Shown here: in pieces, positions 60,395 to 64,000 of the stretch
Position numbering within the stretch: the stretch's first letter is position 1
Layout of the letters: each line of letters starts with the position of its first letter
Assembly (NCBI GenBank): GCA_965217865.1
Contig: CBDCJO010000002.1
Coordinates: forward strand, 4,544,001-4,608,000
Length of the DNA stretch: 64,000 bases
DNA from: Candidatus Latescibacterota bacterium
GTDB taxonomy: Bacteria; Latescibacterota; UBA2968; SICM01
Reading direction: 5' to 3'
The notes under the pieces: generated by a model
The model's database searches: none
Told to the model about the DNA's origin: nothing
What the model saw: only the letters and a program-made list of their open reading frames with translations
Translations under genes and position numbers: made by a program

Positions 60395-62336
60395 TTGGGT
60401 GAGCCTTCGCTAAACGACAGTTCAGGGGTGACGATAAAGGCGGTTTTTACGGGAACGATCCTGAGCGTCCTACTCGCTTTTCTCGCCGTCCTTCAACAGG
60501 CGCTCGGGGTCGGAGGAGGGGAGGAGATCGGATTCGCCGATGGATTCGGGACGGGGGCCCTGTTCTTTCTGTTTGCGCTGATATGTTTAAACACATGAAT
60601 GCTACGGCTAGGGATCATCAAAAGTGGATTAAGCCCTCAGGAGCTTCTCGTCGTTTTCTCCATGCTGCTGATGGTTACGGCGGTGGCCACGGGGGGGCTC
60701 GTGATCTACCTGCTGCCCCATATTTCAGGTTTCAGCCACTTTGCCTCTCCAGAGAACAAGTGGCAGGAGATCGTGCTTCCGCATCTACCCGACGGCCTAA
60801 CCATAGAAGGGGGGGGCGCCACAAAGGGATTTTTCGAAGGGCTTGGCCCAGGAATCTCCATGCCGTTTCAGGCCTGGTTGGGTCCTCTGTGCGCCTGGGG
60901 CGTATTGCTGGGGGCTTTTTATTTTTCCATGATCTCGATCCTGGTCATCCTGCGAAAGCGATGGTTCGAACAGGAGCGGCTTCCTTTCCCCGTCGCCCAG
61001 GTGCCCCTTGCCCTTGTACACGATGAAGCGGGACGACCGCTGAACAACGGGCTTTTCTGGATGGGATTTGCCTTTCCAGGTCTGACAGAACTGACGGTGA
61101 TTCTTCACAGGCTATTTCCAGTCCTCTCTCCCATCCACCTTTACTATTACACCCGCATTTACCGCAACTCGATCGGTTTTTTCATCCGGGCACATTATTC
61201 CCTGATCGGGGTCGGTTACCTGGTATCTCTCGAGGTCCTGAGCAGCATCCTCCTTTTCACCTTCCTCGCACATTTCCAGATCTTTCTGATCGTATTCTCG
61301 GGGTCAACGATTCCTTACAGCGCCCCTTACCGACCTTACGTGAGTTACACCCAGCTGCACCAGGAAGGGCTAGGGGCTCTGCTCATCCTGGTACTCTTCG
61401 GGATTTATGAAGCCCGCGGTCATTTGCGGGATGTGCTCGGGAAGGCATTGGGCTGGTCCCCCGAGGTGGATGACGACGATGAGCAGGTTTCCTATCGCAC
61501 GGCGGTGATCGGTTTCACGGCCGGGGTGGTTCTTATCTGCTTCTGGCTCCGAATGACCGGGATCTCCTGGTGGGTGGTTCCGATCTTTGTGGCGCTGATG
61601 CTGACGACCTTTCTGGGGGTTACCCGAATCCTGGCTGAGATGGGTTTTATGACTCAGGCCCCCTTGAGTCCGATGCAGGTTTTCATTCATTAAGTCGGAA
61701 CACGTGTCCTGGGTGCTTCGACAACGGTGGGATTTTTCCTCGCGCAGCCCTGGGCTTTCCAGGACGGGGCAACTTGGGCGAACATTAACGGGCCGAGTGT
61801 CATCACAAGTGTATCCACCGCCATGAGAACGACGCACCGATCAAGGGTCAGATCCAGGTCTCATCTCTATGTATTGTTCCTGGCCCTCCTGTTGGGCTCT
61901 GCAGTTGCATCTGTCTCGTTGCTCTATTTTGCGTATTCACGGGGGATCTACGGCTTTGGCGGAAGTTTTTATGTGACCAAGGCGCTCAATTATCATCTGA
62001 ATTATTAGGGGGGGGATCATTTCGGACCCAACGGAAGGTCATCCCGAAAGACTTCTGTGGACGGGAGCCGGTGCCGTGGTCATGGGAATGCTTATTCTGG
62101 CGCGCAAGAAGTTCTTCTGGTGGCCGATTCCACCGGTCGGATATACAGTGGGCACACTTCTCCCTTCCTGGTGGTTCAATGTTCTTGTTGCCTGGTTGAT
62201 CAAACGGAATGTTTTAAAATTCGGGGGTCCGTCACTCTATGGTCAGACCCGTCCTTTTTTCATCGGGCTCGTCATCGGACAGGCCGTGATGGTGAGTCTC
62301 GGCGCACTCATCGGTATGTGGACAGGAAAATTCTAA
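60395..62336 (+). pseudogene. DUF6785/DUF6784-like polytopic membrane protein, disrupted
   Basis: LSPQELLVVFSM, LRKRWFEQERLPFPVAQVP, WWPIPPVGY, RPFFIGLVIG; in-frame stops TGA 60596, TAA 61691, TAG 62006 plus a G-run frameshift. Confidence 0.75.
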
Positions 62337-62433
62337 TAAGTTCCGAATTAAATCAAAACCGGGGTGAGGTGGGGTTGGCGGCTGGGTCAGAAACCTGGAC
62401 CCGGATCGGAAGATGGGGAAGAGGGGGGTGTGA

Positions 62434-63999
62434 TCAGGCCGGGGGTTTCTGGCGGTTGAGCGCCCGGTTGATCTGTTCGAGAAGCTCTCTCGTCTCGAAA
62501 GGCTTTTGGAGGAGGGTAAGCCCGGCCTGCCGGACGCGTTCCCAGTCCGACCGCTCGTCCGTGTAGCCTGTGATCAGAAGCGCCGCCAGACCTGGCCGTT
62601 CATCCAGAAGCTTGAAGACCAGATCAGTTCCCCGGCCGTCAGGAAGCACAACGTCGCTCAAAATCAGGTCGAAGCGGTGGCCATTGTCCCGTACGGTTTC
62701 CATCGCATCTTCCATTGAGCCGCATGCGTGTACCCGATATCCGTTTTCAACCAGCATCTGTTCCGTGACATTTCGAAGCATCTTCTCGTCCTCCACAAGG
62801 AGGACGAGCTCTCCGTTGCCCCGGTATGAATCCAGCGAGTCCGGATCGATCCCTGGGGCGGGGATCTCAATGCCAAGTTCTAGGACCGGGAGGTGAATCT
62901 CTATGCAGGTTCCCTTTCCAGGCCCAGTCTCCACGGAAATCCACCCTTCGTGGGCTTTAACAATCCCGTAGACTACCGATAACCCCAACCCCGTTCCTTT
63001 TCCCGGGCCCTTGGTTGTGAAAAAAGGTTCGAAGAGGTGTCCCCTGACCTCCTCGTCCATTCCAATCCCCTCGTCGCTGACGGATAGACTGACAAAACGT
63101 CCGGTCCGGGCCTCAGGATAATCCCGGCAGTAGTCCTGATCGATCATGACATTTCTGGTCTGGATGCGAAGGGTCCCTCCCTCGGGCATGGCATCCCGGG
63201 CATTCACGGATAGATTGATGATCACCTGGTCCAGGTTTCCGGGGTCCGCGCTAACGGTCCACAGATCCTCCTCCAGGTCCAGGTGAATCTCGATGTCCTC
63301 TCCAAGGAGGCGATTAAGCATTTTCTGCAGCTCTTTCACCTGGTAGCCCAGATCGGTCGGGCGCAATTCCATCGGCTGACGTCGGCTGAACAACAGCAAT
63401 TGACGTGTCAGCCTGGCCGACCGAAGGGTTGTCTCCCGAACGTGAAGGAGGTTGGTGCGAAGGGGTGAATCATCGGGCAGGGCCCTGAGGGCCAGATCCA
63501 CATATCCCTTGATGATCCCCAGCTGGTTGTTGAAGTCGTGGGCAACTCCTCCGGCCAACTGGCCGACGGCCTGCATTTTCTGGGAGTGTCGGAGTTGCTC
63601 TTCGAGGCGTTTGCGTTCCGTGATATCCTGGATCATCGGGATGACATACAGAATTTTTCCGGATGCGTCCCGGACCGTGGAGACCGCGGTTTGTGCCCAT
63701 ACGATGCGACCGTCCTTCCGAATGTATCGCTTCTCCAACCAGTAGTTATTGCGTTTTCCGCTGTGGAGTTCTTCGGCAAATCGCCGGCTTTCTTCTATGT
63801 CTTCAGCGTGTGTGAAGTCCGTGAACATCATGCTTCGGAATTCATCAGCCGTGTAGCCGAGCATATCCTGGAGTGCCCGATTGGTTTGAACCAATCTTCC
63901 CCCCAGGTCTATGGCCAGGCCGATGGCAGCGAACTCGAACACCGTTCGAAAACGTGCCTCGCTGTCTCGCAAGGCCTCTTCCATCCGCCGCCGCTCTGT
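62434..63999 (-). CDS. PAS-domain hybrid sensor histidine kinase with receiver; 5' end outside window
   Basis: PAS/PAC, QLAGGVAHDFNN, NARDAM, FEPFFTTK...GTGLGLS, receiver VEDE...SDVVLP...QKP. Confidence 0.95.
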   Translation of the reverse strand, partial: TERRRMEEALRDSEARFRTVFEFAAIGLAIDLGGRLVQTNRALQDMLGYTADEFRSMMFTDFTHAEDIEESRRFAEELHSGKRNNYWLEKRYIRKDGRIVWAQTAVSTVRDASGKILYVIPMIQDITERKRLEEQLRHSQKMQAVGQLAGGVAHDFNNQLGIIKGYVDLALRALPDDSPLRTNLLHVRETTLRSARLTRQLLLFSRRQPMELRPTDLGYQVKELQKMLNRLLGEDIEIHLDLEEDLWTVSADPGNLDQVIINLSVNARDAMPEGGTLRIQTRNVMIDQDYCRDYPEARTGRFVSLSVSDEGIGMDEEVRGHLFEPFFTTKGPGKGTGLGLSVVYGIVKAHEGWISVETGPGKGTCIEIHLPVLELGIEIPAPGIDPDSLDSYRGNGELVLLVEDEKMLRNVTEQMLVENGYRVHACGSMEDAMETVRDNGHRFDLILSDVVLPDGRGTDLVFKLLDERPGLAALLITGYTDERSDWERVRQAGLTLLQKPFETRELLEQINRALNRQKPPA

Positions 64000-64000
64000 G

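Noticed and set aside
60596-60598. Selenocysteine or recoded TGA
   Set aside because: The same gene also contains in-frame TAA and TAG and a frameshift, so a pseudogene is the simpler explanation

Overview
Bacterial chromosomal window. A dockerin-like GDLDGNGEV motif, ECF sigma factors with long C-terminal extensions and a DUF6785-type membrane gene suggest a Latescibacterota-like uncultured lineage (inference). Backbone genes include an archaeal-type aspS (5' end off-window), a two-component system, two extended ECF sigma factors, blaI plus an M56/TonB gene, three ABC-2/YtrA-type transporter operons, an ABC exporter with DUF1854, methyltransferases, an atypical metG, gltBD, several oxidoreductases and a PAS hybrid kinase (5' end off-window). 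The main discovery is a 10-kb four-level nested mobile element at 39550-49523: three cargo-carrying IS1595-family elements inserted one inside the other, each with its own terminal inverted repeats (TIRs) and an exact 8-bp target-site duplication (TSD), plus an IS3-family element in the innermost one. Removing each insert in silico rejoins the gene it interrupts. Cargo comprises two single-chain DNA methyltransferase-nuclease fusions (Mrr-like PD-(D/E)xK and HNH) and a secreted dockerin/HEXXH protein. Most TIRs contain the -35 box of an inward-facing promoter. Other oddities are a dispersed family of strand-biased heptamer-mosaic repeats (one replacing the inside of an IS630), three promoter-to-terminator non-coding leaders, a diverged tandem duplication and many frameshifts or stops, some of which may be assembly errors. 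No rRNA, tRNA or CRISPR array was seen.
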